In this document: positions 26,744-37,429 of the stretch, in pieces
How positions within the stretch are numbered: position 1 is the first letter of the stretch
How the letters are laid out: each line of letters opens with the position of its first letter
Notes under the pieces: model-generated
Databases searched by the model: none
The model's input: only the letters and a program-made list of their open reading frames with translations
Told to the model about the DNA's origin: nothing
NCBI GenBank assembly: GCA_963784445.1
Contig: CAWARO010000001.1
Coordinates: 833,133-897,132 of the forward strand
Length of the DNA: 64,000 nt
From: an uncultured Acidimicrobiia bacterium
Lineage (GTDB): Bacteria; Acidobacteriota; Vicinamibacteria; Vicinamibacterales; UBA2999
Direction: 5' to 3'
Program-made: the position numbers and the translations under genes

Positions 26744-29023
26744 TTAACGCGCGGTGAGCTTCGCGTACTTGGCACGAAGCGTCTTCGTGCCCACCGTGAC
26801 GAACTTTACAACCAGCTTCTGGTCGTCTTCAAGGTCCTCAACGCTCACCACGGTGCCCGGTCCGAACTGGGCGTGGTTGACGCGTGCGCCAGGGCGCAAC
26901 CCGGGCGTCTGGTCCTCTTCCTCGTAATGGAAATTCTGCGTGGCGACCTTCTCGGTGTTTACTTCCCTATCCTTTGGCGCATATCGGCGTGCGTAAGGAT
27001 TGGGCCGATAACTCCAGTTGGTACCGCTGCTCGCGCGGCTCGACGACGGTGCCTCGTCGCGCTCGACAAGGTCGGCGGGAATCTCGTCGATGAAGCGCGA
27101 TGGTTCCGTATTCTGATACTCGCCAAACACACGCCTTCGTGCCGCGCTGGTGAGCACCAGCTGCTTTCGCGCGCGGGTGATGCCGACGTAGCAGAGACGC
27201 CGCTCCTCTTCGAGTTCAGCCTCGTCTTCCCGCGATCGCGAATGCGGGAAGAGGCCTTCTTCAAGTCCGGCAAGGACGACGGTCGGAAACTCGAGACCCT
27301 TGGCTGAGTGCAAGGTCATCATCATGACCTTCGGGTCCGACTTTTGTCCTTGTTCCTTGTCCACGTCCGACAGCAGTGACAACCGGTCGACGAAGCCGCC
27401 AAGGGAGGGCTCGGCTTCACGGGATTCGTACTCACGCGCGGCCGAGACGAGCTCCATCAGGTTCTCGATGCGGCCTTCCGATTCCTCGCTCCTGTCTTCA
27501 CGGAGATCTCGGAGGTAGCCGGACTGATCGAGCACTTTCCCGAGAAGCACGGACACTGATTCGCGACGCGCCACATCCGCGAGGGTGGTGATCATGTCGC
27601 GGAACGCCGCCAGCGAGGCCCCTTGTCTCGAGGTGAGAAGCCTCCCATCAACCGCGGTGACAAGTTTCGTCCACAGGGAGTTCTGAGAGACAGTCGGCGA
27701 TAGCCCGGCGAAGAGCGGCTGCGCGCTGGTGTCGACGTCGCTGACGTCGACGGCTTCGAGCGCATCCATCACGCCTTTGCCGATGCCACGCGCCGGCACG
27801 TTGATAATGCGCCGCACCGCCACATCGTCATGCGGGTTGAGGATCAGCTTCAGGTACGAGAGCGCGTCCTTGACTTCCCGCCGCTCGTAGAAGCCGACGC
27901 CGCCAAGCACGACGTAGGCAATGCCCGCCGCCCGAAGCGAGTCCTCCACCGCACGCGACTGCGCGTTGGTGCGATACAACACCGCCATCTTCGCGTTGAC
28001 ATCGTCCCGTATCGAGGCCACGGCGGTCCTGGTGATGTATTCCGCCTCCTCGAGCTCGTCGGACCCCCGGAACAGCCGAATCTTCGCGCCGCCCGTCACG
28101 TCGGTCCAGAGCGCCTTCTTCTTGCGGTTGCGGTTGTTGGCAATTACCGCGGACGCCGCATCGAGTATCACTTCCGTCGATCGGTAGTTCTGCTCGAGAC
28201 GCACGGTCATGGCATCCGAGAAGTCGGTCTCGAAATCCATGATGTTGCGGATGTCGGCGCCGCGCCATTTGTAGATGGACTGGTCGGGATCGCCGACCAC
28301 GGCAAGGTTGCGGTGCTTGCCGGCAATCTGCTTGATCAGCAGGTACTGTGGCCGATTGGTGTCCTGGTATTCGTCGACCATGACGTAGCGAAAGCGGTGC
28401 GCGTAACGCTCGCGAACGTCGGGGTTCTTGTCGAACAGCTCCACCGTGGCCAGCAGCAGATCGTCGAAGTCCAGCGCGCTCGCGTCCTTCAGCGCTTTCA
28501 TGTAGCCGGCAAAGAGCTTCCCGATTTCCTTGTCACGGACGTTCCAGGTGTTCTCGAAGCTCTCCGGGCCTTCCATGCGGTTCTTGGCCGCGCTGATGCG
28601 CCCGAGCACCATGCGCGGCTGATACGTCTCGTCCGCCAGGTGGTATTCCTTGAGCAGCAGCTTGATGACGGCCTGCTGATCGGCAGAGTCGTAGATCGTG
28701 AAATCGCGGCTCAGGCCGATGTTGTGGGCCTCGCGACGCAGCAGGCGCGCACACAGCGCATGGAAGGTGGAAATCCACATCGCGCGGCAGTCGGCATCGA
28801 GCAGCCGCTCGACACGCTCGCGCATTTCCTGCGCCGCCTTGTTGGTGAAGGTGACCGCCATGATCTGATCGGGATACGCAATGCGCTCCGACACGAGATA
28901 GGCGATGCGATGGGCGATGACGCGCGTCTTTCCCGAACCCGCTCCAGCCAGAATGAGCACAGGACCTTCTGTCTGGCGTACAGCCTCTTGTTGCTCGGGA
29001 TTCAGTGACGAGAGAAGGTCCAT
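26744..29023 (-). CDS. UvrD/PcrA/Rep family ATP-dependent DNA helicase
   Basis: 759 aa. Walker A AGAGSGKTRVI. DEYQDTN. C-terminal Tudor-like tail. Confidence 0.9.
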   Translation of the reverse strand: MDLLSSLNPEQQEAVRQTEGPVLILAGAGSGKTRVIAHRIAYLVSERIAYPDQIMAVTFTNKAAQEMRERVERLLDADCRAMWISTFHALCARLLRREAHNIGLSRDFTIYDSADQQAVIKLLLKEYHLADETYQPRMVLGRISAAKNRMEGPESFENTWNVRDKEIGKLFAGYMKALKDASALDFDDLLLATVELFDKNPDVRERYAHRFRYVMVDEYQDTNRPQYLLIKQIAGKHRNLAVVGDPDQSIYKWRGADIRNIMDFETDFSDAMTVRLEQNYRSTEVILDAASAVIANNRNRKKKALWTDVTGGAKIRLFRGSDELEEAEYITRTAVASIRDDVNAKMAVLYRTNAQSRAVEDSLRAAGIAYVVLGGVGFYERREVKDALSYLKLILNPHDDVAVRRIINVPARGIGKGVMDALEAVDVSDVDTSAQPLFAGLSPTVSQNSLWTKLVTAVDGRLLTSRQGASLAAFRDMITTLADVARRESVSVLLGKVLDQSGYLRDLREDRSEESEGRIENLMELVSAAREYESREAEPSLGGFVDRLSLLSDVDKEQGQKSDPKVMMMTLHSAKGLEFPTVVLAGLEEGLFPHSRSREDEAELEEERRLCYVGITRARKQLVLTSAARRRVFGEYQNTEPSRFIDEIPADLVERDEAPSSSRASSGTNWSYRPNPYARRYAPKDREVNTEKVATQNFHYEEEDQTPGLRPGARVNHAQFGPGTVVSVEDLEDDQKLVVKFVTVGTKTLRAKYAKLTAR

Positions 29024-29040
29024 GAAGGGATCGGAGATCC

Positions 29041-30882
29041 CTATTCTACCGTGACACTCTTCGCGAGATTCCTCGGCTGATCGACGTCGCAGCCGCGACG
29101 CACAGCGATGTAGTACGACAATAACTGCAACGGCAACGAGATGACGACTGGCATCAACAGCCGATGTGTGGCAGGAACTGCAACCAGGCTGTCGTTCTCG
29201 TCGAGTAGCTGTTCGAGCGTGGTGTCGCCTTTGGTGGTGAGGGCGATGATCGAGCCGCCGCGCGCCTTGGCTTCTTGGATGTTGCCCTGCATTTTCTCGA
29301 AGACGTGATCGTGCGTGGCGATCGCCACCACCGGCATCTGCTCGTCGATGAGCGCGATGGGACCGTGTTTCATCTCGCCGGCGGGATAACCCTCGGCGTG
29401 AATGTAGGAGATTTCCTTTAGTTTGAGCGCGCCTTCGAGAGCGATTGGGTAATTGATGCCGCGGCCGAGATAGAGGAAGTCGGAGCGGTTGTAGAACTTC
29501 GCCGCGATCTCTTCGATCTCCTTCGAGGTCTTGAGCGTTTCTTCGAGGACCTTCGGGAGCTGCATCAGCGCGTTGATGTGATCGCAGCGTTCGGCCTGCG
29601 TCAGCGTGTTGCGCACCTCGGCCAGCTTGAGGGCAAACAGGTAGAGTGCGACCAGCTGCGTGGTGAACGCCTTGGTGGAAGCCACGCCGATCTCAGGGCC
29701 GGCGTGCGTGTAGATGGTGCCTTCGGCTTCGCGTGTCGCCATGCTGCCCACAACGTTGCAGATCGAAAGGCTCCGCGCGCCCTTGGCTTTCGCCTCACGC
29801 AAGGCGGCCAGCGTATCCGCCGTTTCACCGGACTGTGTGATCGCGACGGCCAGCGACTTGTTATCGATGATCGGATTGCGGTAGCGGTACTCCGAGCCGT
29901 AGTCCACCTCTACCGCGACCTTGGCGAGCTCCTCGATCATGAACTTACCGACAAGCGCCGCGTGCCACGAGGTGCCGCAGGCCAAGAGAGTAATCTTGTC
30001 CACCGCGCGCAGGTCGGTATCGGAGATCGCCATCTCGTTGAGATGCACTTGGCCGGTATCGAGCGACGCCCGGCCGATCACCGTGTCGCGCACCGCATGC
30101 GGCTGCTCGAAGATCTCCTTGAGCATGAAGTGCTTGTAGCCGGCCTTCTCGGCCGAGATCGGGTCCCACGTCACTCGGGTGGGCTTCCTTTCCACCGTCT
30201 TGCCCTCGAGCGTCTTGAACTGGACGCCCTTGGGTGTGAGCACGGCCATCTCGCGATCGTCGAGGAATACGACGTTGCGGGTGTGGCTCAGGAGCGCGGG
30301 CACGTCCGACGCCACGAAATATTCGCCCTCGCCGATCCCGACCACGATCGGCGGACCGTTCCGAACCGCTACGAGCTTTTCCGGATCGTCTGCCGACATC
30401 AACACGAGTGCGAACAGGCCGCGCACGCGCTGCATGGCGCGCAACACCGCGTTCTCGAGGCCGTCCTTCTTCCACTCTTTCTCGACGAGATGCGCCACCA
30501 CTTCGGTGTCGGTCTCGCTCTGGAACTTGTGTCCCTCGGCAATCAGCTCACGCTTGATCTCGAGGTAGTTTTCGATGATGCCGTTGTGCACCACCACGAT
30601 GCGGCCGGATCCGTCGCGGTGCGGATGCGCGTTTTCTTCCGTGGGCCGGCCGTGCGTGGCCCACCGCGTGTGGCCGAGGCCATACACGCCGGCGAGCGGC
30701 TTCGCCTGGATGGAGTTTTCGAGGTTGATTAGCTTGCCGGCACTCCGGCGGACTTCGATGCTGCCGTTCTGCACCACGGCAACGCCCGCCGAATCGTAGC
30801 CGCGATACTCGAGTCTCCGCAGACCGTCGAGAATGACCGGCACAACCGGCTTAGGCCCGATGTAACCAATAATCCCGCACAT
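29041..30882 (-). CDS. glmS: Glutamine--fructose-6-phosphate aminotransferase
   Basis: 613 aa. N-terminus [10 protein letters not shown]-terminus KSVTVE. Confidence 0.97.
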   Translation of the reverse strand: MCGIIGYIGPKPVVPVILDGLRRLEYRGYDSAGVAVVQNGSIEVRRSAGKLINLENSIQAKPLAGVYGLGHTRWATHGRPTEENAHPHRDGSGRIVVVHNGIIENYLEIKRELIAEGHKFQSETDTEVVAHLVEKEWKKDGLENAVLRAMQRVRGLFALVLMSADDPEKLVAVRNGPPIVVGIGEGEYFVASDVPALLSHTRNVVFLDDREMAVLTPKGVQFKTLEGKTVERKPTRVTWDPISAEKAGYKHFMLKEIFEQPHAVRDTVIGRASLDTGQVHLNEMAISDTDLRAVDKITLLACGTSWHAALVGKFMIEELAKVAVEVDYGSEYRYRNPIIDNKSLAVAITQSGETADTLAALREAKAKGARSLSICNVVGSMATREAEGTIYTHAGPEIGVASTKAFTTQLVALYLFALKLAEVRNTLTQAERCDHINALMQLPKVLEETLKTSKEIEEIAAKFYNRSDFLYLGRGINYPIALEGALKLKEISYIHAEGYPAGEMKHGPIALIDEQMPVVAIATHDHVFEKMQGNIQEAKARGGSIIALTTKGDTTLEQLLDENDSLVAVPATHRLLMPVVISLPLQLLSYYIAVRRGCDVDQPRNLAKSVTVE

Positions 30883-30911
30883 AAATCAGTTCACAGTTGA
30901 CGGTTGACGGT

Positions 30912-32318
30912 TCACAGTTGCTTCGCCTTTCCATGTTGCCGCTTAGCGACCCAGCCGTCTTTGTTTTCCTGGCGGGCTCGGCCAATTGCCAGCGCGCCTG
31001 CCGGCACATCCGTAGTGACCGCGGAGCCGGCTGCAATGTACGATCCATCAGCTAAGGTGACCGGCGCAACCAGCGTGCTGTTGCTGCCGACAAAGACCCC
31101 CTTGCCGATGATGGTCTGGTGCTTCTTCTCACCATCGTAGTTGCAGGTGATGGTGCCGGCGCCGACATTCGTGGCGCTGCCGATGGTCGCATCGCCTAGA
31201 TACGCAAGGTGATTCGCCTTCGCGCCCTTCCCCATCACGGTCTTTTTCAGCTCGACGAAGTTGCCGATGTGGACCTCCTCGCCCACCTTCGATCCGGGCC
31301 GGATATGCGCGAACGGGCCGAGCATCGCGCCCGCTTCGATTGTGGAGTCGGTGACCACAGTGTGGTTGCGCACACACACACGATCTCCCACCGTCGAATT
31401 CACGATGCGGGCCCCGGAGTGGATCTCGCAAGCCGAGCCAATCTTGGTCGACCCCTCGAGAAACACGCAGGGATAAATCACCGTGTCGGGCCCCACGACG
31501 ACGTCGGCGTCGACGTAGGTGGTGGCCGGGTCGATGAGCGTAACGCCGGCGGCCATCAACTCTTCGTTTTTTTGCTGGCGGACCATGGTGCTGACCTCTG
31601 CGAGTTCGGTTCGACTATTGATGCCGCGGACCTCGTCCATGCGCGCGACAGTGTAGGTGGCGACGGGCTTACGTTGCTTGCGATAGATGGCGATGAGATC
31701 CGGAAGGTAGTACTCGCCCTGGTTGTTGGCGTTGCCGAGGCTGTCGAGCGCCTTGAACAGTGTCTCGAGCGCGAAGGCATAGATCCCGGAATTGATTTCG
31801 GTGATCTTGCGCTGTGCGTCCGAGGCGTCGCGTTCCTCGACAATCTTGGTGATTCGTCCGCTGGTGCGGACGATTCGGCCGTAGCCATATGGCCGTGGCA
31901 GGTTGGCGGTAATGACGGTTGCCGCCGCGCCCGCCGCAGCGTGCGTTTCGAGCAGCGCGCCGACCGTGTCGGGCGTGAGCAGCGGCGCATCGCCTGAAAG
32001 CAGAACGAGGGTGCCGGACTTTCCTTCCAGGACAGGCCGGGTTTGGAGCAGCGCGTGGCCGGTTCCGAGCTGCTGGTCTTGGAGCACGAACTGCGGCTTC
32101 ACGGACCTCACCCGCGCCACGGCAGCCTTAAGCGCGTCGGCGCCGTGACCTACGACCACGGTGATAGTTTGAGGGTTCACGGTCGCAGCGGTGCGGAGCA
32201 CACGTTCTATGATCGTGAGGCCGGAGATGCCGTGCAGGACCTTCGGGACCTGCGACTTCATCCGCGTCCCCTTGCCGGCCGCGAGAACGACTACGTGAAC
32301 CTGGTTTGAAGGCTTCAT
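30912..32318 (-). CDS. glmU: Bifunctional UDP-N-acetylglucosamine pyrophosphorylase / GlcN-1-P acetyltransferase
   Basis: 468 aa. VVLAAGKGTRM plus left-handed beta-helix hexapeptide repeats. Confidence 0.95.
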   Translation of the reverse strand: MKPSNQVHVVVLAAGKGTRMKSQVPKVLHGISGLTIIERVLRTAATVNPQTITVVVGHGADALKAAVARVRSVKPQFVLQDQQLGTGHALLQTRPVLEGKSGTLVLLSGDAPLLTPDTVGALLETHAAAGAAATVITANLPRPYGYGRIVRTSGRITKIVEERDASDAQRKITEINSGIYAFALETLFKALDSLGNANNQGEYYLPDLIAIYRKQRKPVATYTVARMDEVRGINSRTELAEVSTMVRQQKNEELMAAGVTLIDPATTYVDADVVVGPDTVIYPCVFLEGSTKIGSACEIHSGARIVNSTVGDRVCVRNHTVVTDSTIEAGAMLGPFAHIRPGSKVGEEVHIGNFVELKKTVMGKGAKANHLAYLGDATIGSATNVGAGTITCNYDGEKKHQTIIGKGVFVGSNSTLVAPVTLADGSYIAAGSAVTTDVPAGALAIGRARQENKDGWVAKRQHGKAKQL

Positions 32319-32324
32319 TTTGGT

Positions 32325-33179
32325 CTATTGACCAATTTTGACTCGTTCTAGGGCCTCATAAACTTGCTTGGCAGTGAGACCCAGGCGTTCGCCGGCAATC
32401 CTGGCGGCCTCTCGCTTCGATTTAGGTCGTTCAATTTCTGTTATTTGACCAACTAAATTCTGAATACACTCGTCCGATGACGCCTCCTTGGCGGCTTCGG
32501 TGGGTGGGCCTGGCGGGATAATGAGCGTGAACTCGCCGTGCGGACTATCGAACCGAGCTAGGAGTTCGCCAGGAGTGGCCCAAACTAACTCCTCATAAAG
32601 CTTCGTAAGCTCACGCCCAATAAATATAGGTCTATCGACCAATAATTTAAGTTCCTCGAGCGTCCGCCGAAGCTTGTGAGGAGCCTCAAAGAAGACCACC
32701 GCCCGGTCCTTGGCTGCTTCGGTTAATGCCGTGAACCATAATTTGCGGTCTTTAGACCTAATTGGTGGGAATTCTAGGAAGGTGAAGCCATCACTTCTAA
32801 TCCCGGACGCCGAAATGGCTGCGGCCACCGCGCTGGCGCCGGGGATCGGCTCGATGCGGAAGCCCTCCGAGCGGACAGCGGCCACCAACCCGGCTCCCGG
32901 ATCCGATATCCCGGGCGTGCCGGCGTCGGTTACTAGGGCGATGGATTCGCCTTTCGCAAGACGGCCGACGATCTTCTGCACGCGGGCGCCTTCGTTGTGC
33001 TCGTGAACGCTGATGATGGGGACGTCGATGTTGAAATGCCGGAGCAGGTTGCCGGTCCGACGCGTGTCCTCGGCCGCCACCAGCTGGACCGCTTTGAGCG
33101 TTTTGAGCGCGCGAAGCGTGATGTCTTCGAGATTCCCGATGGGCGTGGCGACTACGTAGAGCACTCCCCCCAAAGGCAT
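32325..33179 (-). CDS. rsmI: 16S rRNA (cytidine1402-2'-O)-methyltransferase
   Basis: 284 aa. Contains LYVVATPIGNLEDITLRALKTL and AAEDTRRTGNLL. Confidence 0.88.
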   Translation of the reverse strand: MPLGGVLYVVATPIGNLEDITLRALKTLKAVQLVAAEDTRRTGNLLRHFNIDVPIISVHEHNEGARVQKIVGRLAKGESIALVTDAGTPGISDPGAGLVAAVRSEGFRIEPIPGASAVAAAISASGIRSDGFTFLEFPPIRSKDRKLWFTALTEAAKDRAVVFFEAPHKLRRTLEELKLLVDRPIFIGRELTKLYEELVWATPGELLARFDSPHGEFTLIIPPGPPTEAAKEASSDECIQNLVGQITEIERPKSKREAARIAGERLGLTAKQVYEALERVKIGQ

Positions 33180-33289
33180 CCCGCCATTTTAAGCTACCAT
33201 TGCCTGATGCCCTCTTTCCCCTAATTGGGCCTTGGTATTTAGCCTTGCCCGGCCTCCGGCCGGGCGGTCGTCACCTCTTTTAGGCAGGC

Positions 33290-34948
33290 ATGCACGCGGC
33301 TGAACCTTTACCTCACTTCGTAGACGACTACCTCGCCTTTCTTTATGAGGTCCACCCCACCGGGGCGACCATGGATGGGGTTCACGTCCACGATGACCTG
33401 CTGGAAGACTACCGGCGATCGGCCATCGACACGCATGCGAGCGCGCTATCGGGCTTCGCGCGGAGGCTCGACGGGATCCCTCAGACTCACCTCAGCACAC
33501 GCGAACAGGTCGAGCACCAGATTGTGTCGGCGAATATCCGCGGCCGGCAGTTCGAGCTCGAAGCGGTGCGGTCGTGGGAGCGCAACCCGCACTTCTACGC
33601 CGACACACTCGCCTCGAGCCTGGCCGCCCAGGCGATCTTCAACTACGCGCCCGAGACCGAGCGCGCCCGCCGCGTGCTCTCGAAGCTGCGCCAGGTGCCG
33701 CGGCTCGTGCAGGCGGCGCGCGACAACATCAAGGACCCGCCGGCCATTTACGTGAAGGTCGGCATCGATACGTGGCGCGGCGCGATGTCGTTTATCGACG
33801 CTGATTTGCCGCGCGCCTTCTCGGCGGTCGACGATATGCACCTGCTCGGCGACCTGGCCGACGCGTGCACCGAAGCGGTGAATACGATCGGCGCCTACGT
33901 CACTGATCTCGAGACCGACATTCGCCCGAAGGCCAAGGGCAGCTTCCGGCTCGGACGCGAGCGCTTCGAGCAGAAGCTTCGCCTTGAAGAAGGCATCACG
34001 CTCACGGTCGATCGTTTGCTGGCGATCGCGACCCGCGAGCTCCAGGCCACGCAAGAGGAATTTCGCCAGCTCGCCGGCCGTTTGAACGGCGGCGATCCGA
34101 TGAAGGCGTGGCGCACGGCGAAGGAGAAGTATCCGCAGGCGGGCACCTTGATCGCCACCGCCCGGGAGCAACTCGACGAGCTGCACACCTTCCTGTCGCG
34201 AAACCCGGTGGTGCCGATGCCCGACAGCGCCGGTGTGGCCGTGGCGCCGACGCCGGAGTTTTTCCGCTGGGCCTCGGCCAGCATGTGGACGCCGGGCCCG
34301 TTCGAGTCCAAACCTTCGCGCGCGATGTATTACCTGACCGACGTCGATCCGAAGTGGGAAGACGATCGCAAGTCGGAGCACCTGCGCGACTTCAACCTGC
34401 CGACGCTGTGGACCATTTCCATCCACGAGGTCTACCCGGGTCACTTCCTGCACTACCAGTTCCTGCGGAAGGTTGAATCGAAGGTCCGCCGCTCGACGCT
34501 CTTCGCGCCGGCGTCGTACATCGAAGGCTGGGCGCACTACTGCGAGCAGATGATGATGGAGGCGGGATTCGGCCGCGGGGATCACTCGTTAAAGCTCGGC
34601 CAGCTCGCCGAAGCGCTGGTGCGCCTCGCGCGATTCGTGGTCGGAATCCGGCTGCACACCGAAGACTGGTCGGTGGAGCAGGGCGTGCGGTTTTTCCGGG
34701 ACGAAGCGTTTCTCGAGGAAGCGAGCGCCCGGCGCGAAGCCGAACGTGGCACATTCGACCCCACCTACCTCGTATACTCAGCAGGCAAGATGATGCTCCT
34801 GAAACTGCGTCACGATTGGTACGAAGAGCAGGGCAGCAAGCCGTCGCTGCGCGCGTTTCACGATGCGTTCCTCGCGCAAGGCTCGGCCCCATTCTGGGCG
34901 CTGCGCCGGTTAATGCTGGAGAGCCATCACGACGTCGTGTTGGAGTAG
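33290..34948 (+). CDS. DUF885 family protein (HExxGH metallopeptidase-like motif)
   Basis: 552 aa. Contains SIHEVYPGHFLHYQF. Family assignment is from memory. Confidence 0.7.
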   Translation: MHAAEPLPHFVDDYLAFLYEVHPTGATMDGVHVHDDLLEDYRRSAIDTHASALSGFARRLDGIPQTHLSTREQVEHQIVSANIRGRQFELEAVRSWERNPHFYADTLASSLAAQAIFNYAPETERARRVLSKLRQVPRLVQAARDNIKDPPAIYVKVGIDTWRGAMSFIDADLPRAFSAVDDMHLLGDLADACTEAVNTIGAYVTDLETDIRPKAKGSFRLGRERFEQKLRLEEGITLTVDRLLAIATRELQATQEEFRQLAGRLNGGDPMKAWRTAKEKYPQAGTLIATAREQLDELHTFLSRNPVVPMPDSAGVAVAPTPEFFRWASASMWTPGPFESKPSRAMYYLTDVDPKWEDDRKSEHLRDFNLPTLWTISIHEVYPGHFLHYQFLRKVESKVRRSTLFAPASYIEGWAHYCEQMMMEAGFGRGDHSLKLGQLAEALVRLARFVVGIRLHTEDWSVEQGVRFFRDEAFLEEASARREAERGTFDPTYLVYSAGKMMLLKLRHDWYEEQGSKPSLRAFHDAFLAQGSAPFWALRRLMLESHHDVVLE

Positions 34949-34958
34949 GTATTTACTT

Positions 34959-35255
34959 ATGCCGCTGTATGAATACCAGTGCGACGCCTGCGCACACCGC
35001 TTCGAGGTGATCCAGAAGTTTTCGGATGCGCCGATCGATGTGTGCCCGAAGTGCGGCGGCGTGGTGAAAAAGCTGCTGTCGTCTCCGGCGATCCAGTTCA
35101 AGGGATCCGGGTGGTACATCACCGACTACGCGAAGTCGGGGAAGACCGAGACTGGCGGCACGGCCTCAGCCAACGCGGCGAAGGCGGAAGCCAAGTCCGA
35201 GACCAAGACCGAGACGAAGACGGAAACTAAGACCGAGACGAAGTCAGAGTCGTAA
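34959..35255 (+). CDS. FmdB-family zinc-ribbon protein with a C-terminal (TETK)n tail
   Basis: 98 aa. Contains MPLYEYQCDACAHRFE...CPKCGG. The tail reads SETKTETKTETKTETKSES. Confidence 0.75.
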   Translation: MPLYEYQCDACAHRFEVIQKFSDAPIDVCPKCGGVVKKLLSSPAIQFKGSGWYITDYAKSGKTETGGTASANAAKAEAKSETKTETKTETKTETKSES

Positions 35256-36114
35256 GGTACGCCCTGAGCTCCTTGGCGAGCTCAGGACGCTTCAAGCCGA
35301 AATACACGCTCGCCTTCAGGAACCCCAGCTTGTTGCCGGTGTCGTGCCGCACGCCGTCCACTTCATACGCATAGATCGGCCGTGACTTCAGCAGGTGGCG
35401 GAGGCCGTTGGTCAGCTGAATCTCACCCGACTTGTCCTTCTTCGTCTCGTGCAGCGCGGCGAAAATGTCGGGTGTGAGGATGTAACGGCCGATGATTGCC
35501 AGGTCCGACGGCGCTTCTCTTTGCGGCGGCTTCTCGACGAGATCCTTCACGCGATACACGCCCTTGCCGAGCTCGGGCGCAGGTTCACCGGCGATCACGC
35601 CGTAATTCGACACCTGGTCCATCGGCACGCGCTCGACCGCGAGCACCGGCCCATCCGCGCGATCGAACACATCGATCATCTGCTTCAACGCCGGCGGCGT
35701 GGCATCGATCACGTCATCGGCAAGGATCACGGCGAAGGGTTCGTTGCCGACGATGGTTTCGGTGACGAGGACGGCGTGGCCGAGGCCGAGCGGCTCGCCC
35801 TGGCGGACGTACGACACGTTGATCAGCGCCGAGATCTTCCTGACCTCGTCGGCGAGGTCCTTCTTGCCGCGGCTCTCGAGAAACGCTTCCAGCTCCTTCG
35901 AGACATCGAAGTGATCTTCGATGGCGTTCTTGCCGCGGCCGGTGACCACCACGATGTTGGGCACGCCCGAAGCCACGGCCTCTTCGACGCCGTACTGGAT
36001 GGTCGGCTTGTCGACCAGCGGCAGCATTTCTTTCGGCTGGGCCTTGGTGGCGGGGAGAAAGCGGGTGCCGAGGCCCGCGGCGGGGAAGACGGCCTTACGA
36101 ATCCTAGCACTCAC
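35227..36114 (-). CDS. galU: UTP--glucose-1-phosphate uridylyltransferase (start uncertain)
   Basis: Homology starts at (V)SARIRKAVFPAAGLGTRFLPATKAQPKEMLPLVDKP, with GTG at 36112-36114. The ORF-track start at 36363 would overlap serS and is rejected. Confidence 0.85.
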   Translation of the reverse strand: MSARIRKAVFPAAGLGTRFLPATKAQPKEMLPLVDKPTIQYGVEEAVASGVPNIVVVTGRGKNAIEDHFDVSKELEAFLESRGKKDLADEVRKISALINVSYVRQGEPLGLGHAVLVTETIVGNEPFAVILADDVIDATPPALKQMIDVFDRADGPVLAVERVPMDQVSNYGVIAGEPAPELGKGVYRVKDLVEKPPQREAPSDLAIIGRYILTPDIFAALHETKKDKSGEIQLTNGLRHLLKSRPIYAYEVDGVRHDTGNKLGFLKASVYFGLKRPELAKELRAYLTTLTSSRS

Positions 36115-36134
36115 TCCAATAGAATAGTCCACAC

Positions 36135-37424
36135 ATGCTTGATCCAGGGTTCGTTCGCGACAACCTAGAGACCGTCCAGAAGGGCATGACGAGCCGCGGC
36201 CTCGATGTGACCACCGAGTTGCAGCAGCTGGCCACGGCCGAGACCCACCGGCGACGGTTGATCCCAACCATCGAAGGGCTGAAGCGCGAACAGAACACGT
36301 CGGGCGACGAAGTGGCGCGCGCGAAGCGGCAGGGCCAGGACGCCAAGCACCTGTTCGAAGCAAGCAAGATGCGCGCGCAGAAGATCAAGCAGCTCGAAGT
36401 GGAGCTCGATGCCGCCGAACGGCAGCGCACCATCCTGCTCGAAACCTTTCCGAACCTGCCGCATGCGAGCGTCCCGGTTGGCACGAGCGCCGGCGACAAC
36501 GTCGTGGTGCGGACGTGGGGTGAATTGCGCAACTTCGACTTCGAGCCGAAGGCGCACTGGGATCTCGGTCCGCAGCTTGGCGTGATCGACTTCGAGCGCG
36601 CGACGAAGATTTCCGGCGCGCGCTTTGCGGTGCTGATGGGCGCCGGCGCGCAGCTCGAGCGCGCATTGATCAATTTCATGTTGTCGCTGCACACCAACCA
36701 ACACGGCTATACCGAAGTGCTGCCGCCGTTCCTGGTGTCCTCGTCCACGTTGTATGGCACGGGTCAGCTGCCGAAGTTCGAGAAGGACCTCTTCAAGATC
36801 GCCGGCGAGTGGGATCTCTATCTGATCCCCACGGCGGAAGTGCCGGTGACGAACTTGTATCGCGGCGAAATCATCGACGGCCGCCTACTGCCGCTGAAGT
36901 ACACCGCGTACACCCCGTGCTTCAGGAGCGAGGCCGGTTCGTACGGCGCGGACACGCGCGGCTTGATCCGGCAGCACCAGTTCGACAAGGTGGAGCTCGT
37001 GAAGTTCACCACGCCCGAACACTCGTACGACGAGCTCGAATCGCTGACCGCGAATGCCGAGCGCGTGCTGCAGTTACTGGGACTTCCGTATCGCACCGTC
37101 GTGTTGTGTACCGGCGACATGGGCTTCTCGTCGGCGAAGACCTACGACATCGAAGTGTGGCTGCCGAGCCAGAAGGCGTATCGCGAGATTTCGTCGTGCT
37201 CGAACTGCGAAGCGTTCCAGGCACGGCGGGCGAACATCAAATACCGGCCGGAAGGGACAGGCAAGGCCGATCACGTGCACACGCTCAACGGCTCAGGCCT
37301 GGCGGTTGGCCGGACGCTGATCGCGATTCTGGAGAATTACCAGCAGAAGGACGGCACGGTGGAGATCCCCGAGGCCCTAAGGCCATTCATGGGAGGGAAG
37401 ACCGCGATTCAGCCGGTAAAATAG
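36135..37424 (+). CDS. serS: Seryl-tRNA synthetase
   Basis: 429 aa. N-terminal coiled coil, then class II motifs ([25 protein letters not shown]). Confidence 0.97.
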   Translation: MLDPGFVRDNLETVQKGMTSRGLDVTTELQQLATAETHRRRLIPTIEGLKREQNTSGDEVARAKRQGQDAKHLFEASKMRAQKIKQLEVELDAAERQRTILLETFPNLPHASVPVGTSAGDNVVVRTWGELRNFDFEPKAHWDLGPQLGVIDFERATKISGARFAVLMGAGAQLERALINFMLSLHTNQHGYTEVLPPFLVSSSTLYGTGQLPKFEKDLFKIAGEWDLYLIPTAEVPVTNLYRGEIIDGRLLPLKYTAYTPCFRSEAGSYGADTRGLIRQHQFDKVELVKFTTPEHSYDELESLTANAERVLQLLGLPYRTVVLCTGDMGFSSAKTYDIEVWLPSQKAYREISSCSNCEAFQARRANIKYRPEGTGKADHVHTLNGSGLAVGRTLIAILENYQQKDGTVEIPEALRPFMGGKTAIQPVK

Positions 37425-37429
37425 ACGAG

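Noticed and set aside
36115-36363. Extension of galU to 36363, and likewise of the YtkA-like gene to 42314 and atpF to 7332.
   Set aside because: The extensions overlap neighbouring genes or lack any protein-like composition. Better internal starts with RBS-like sequences exist.
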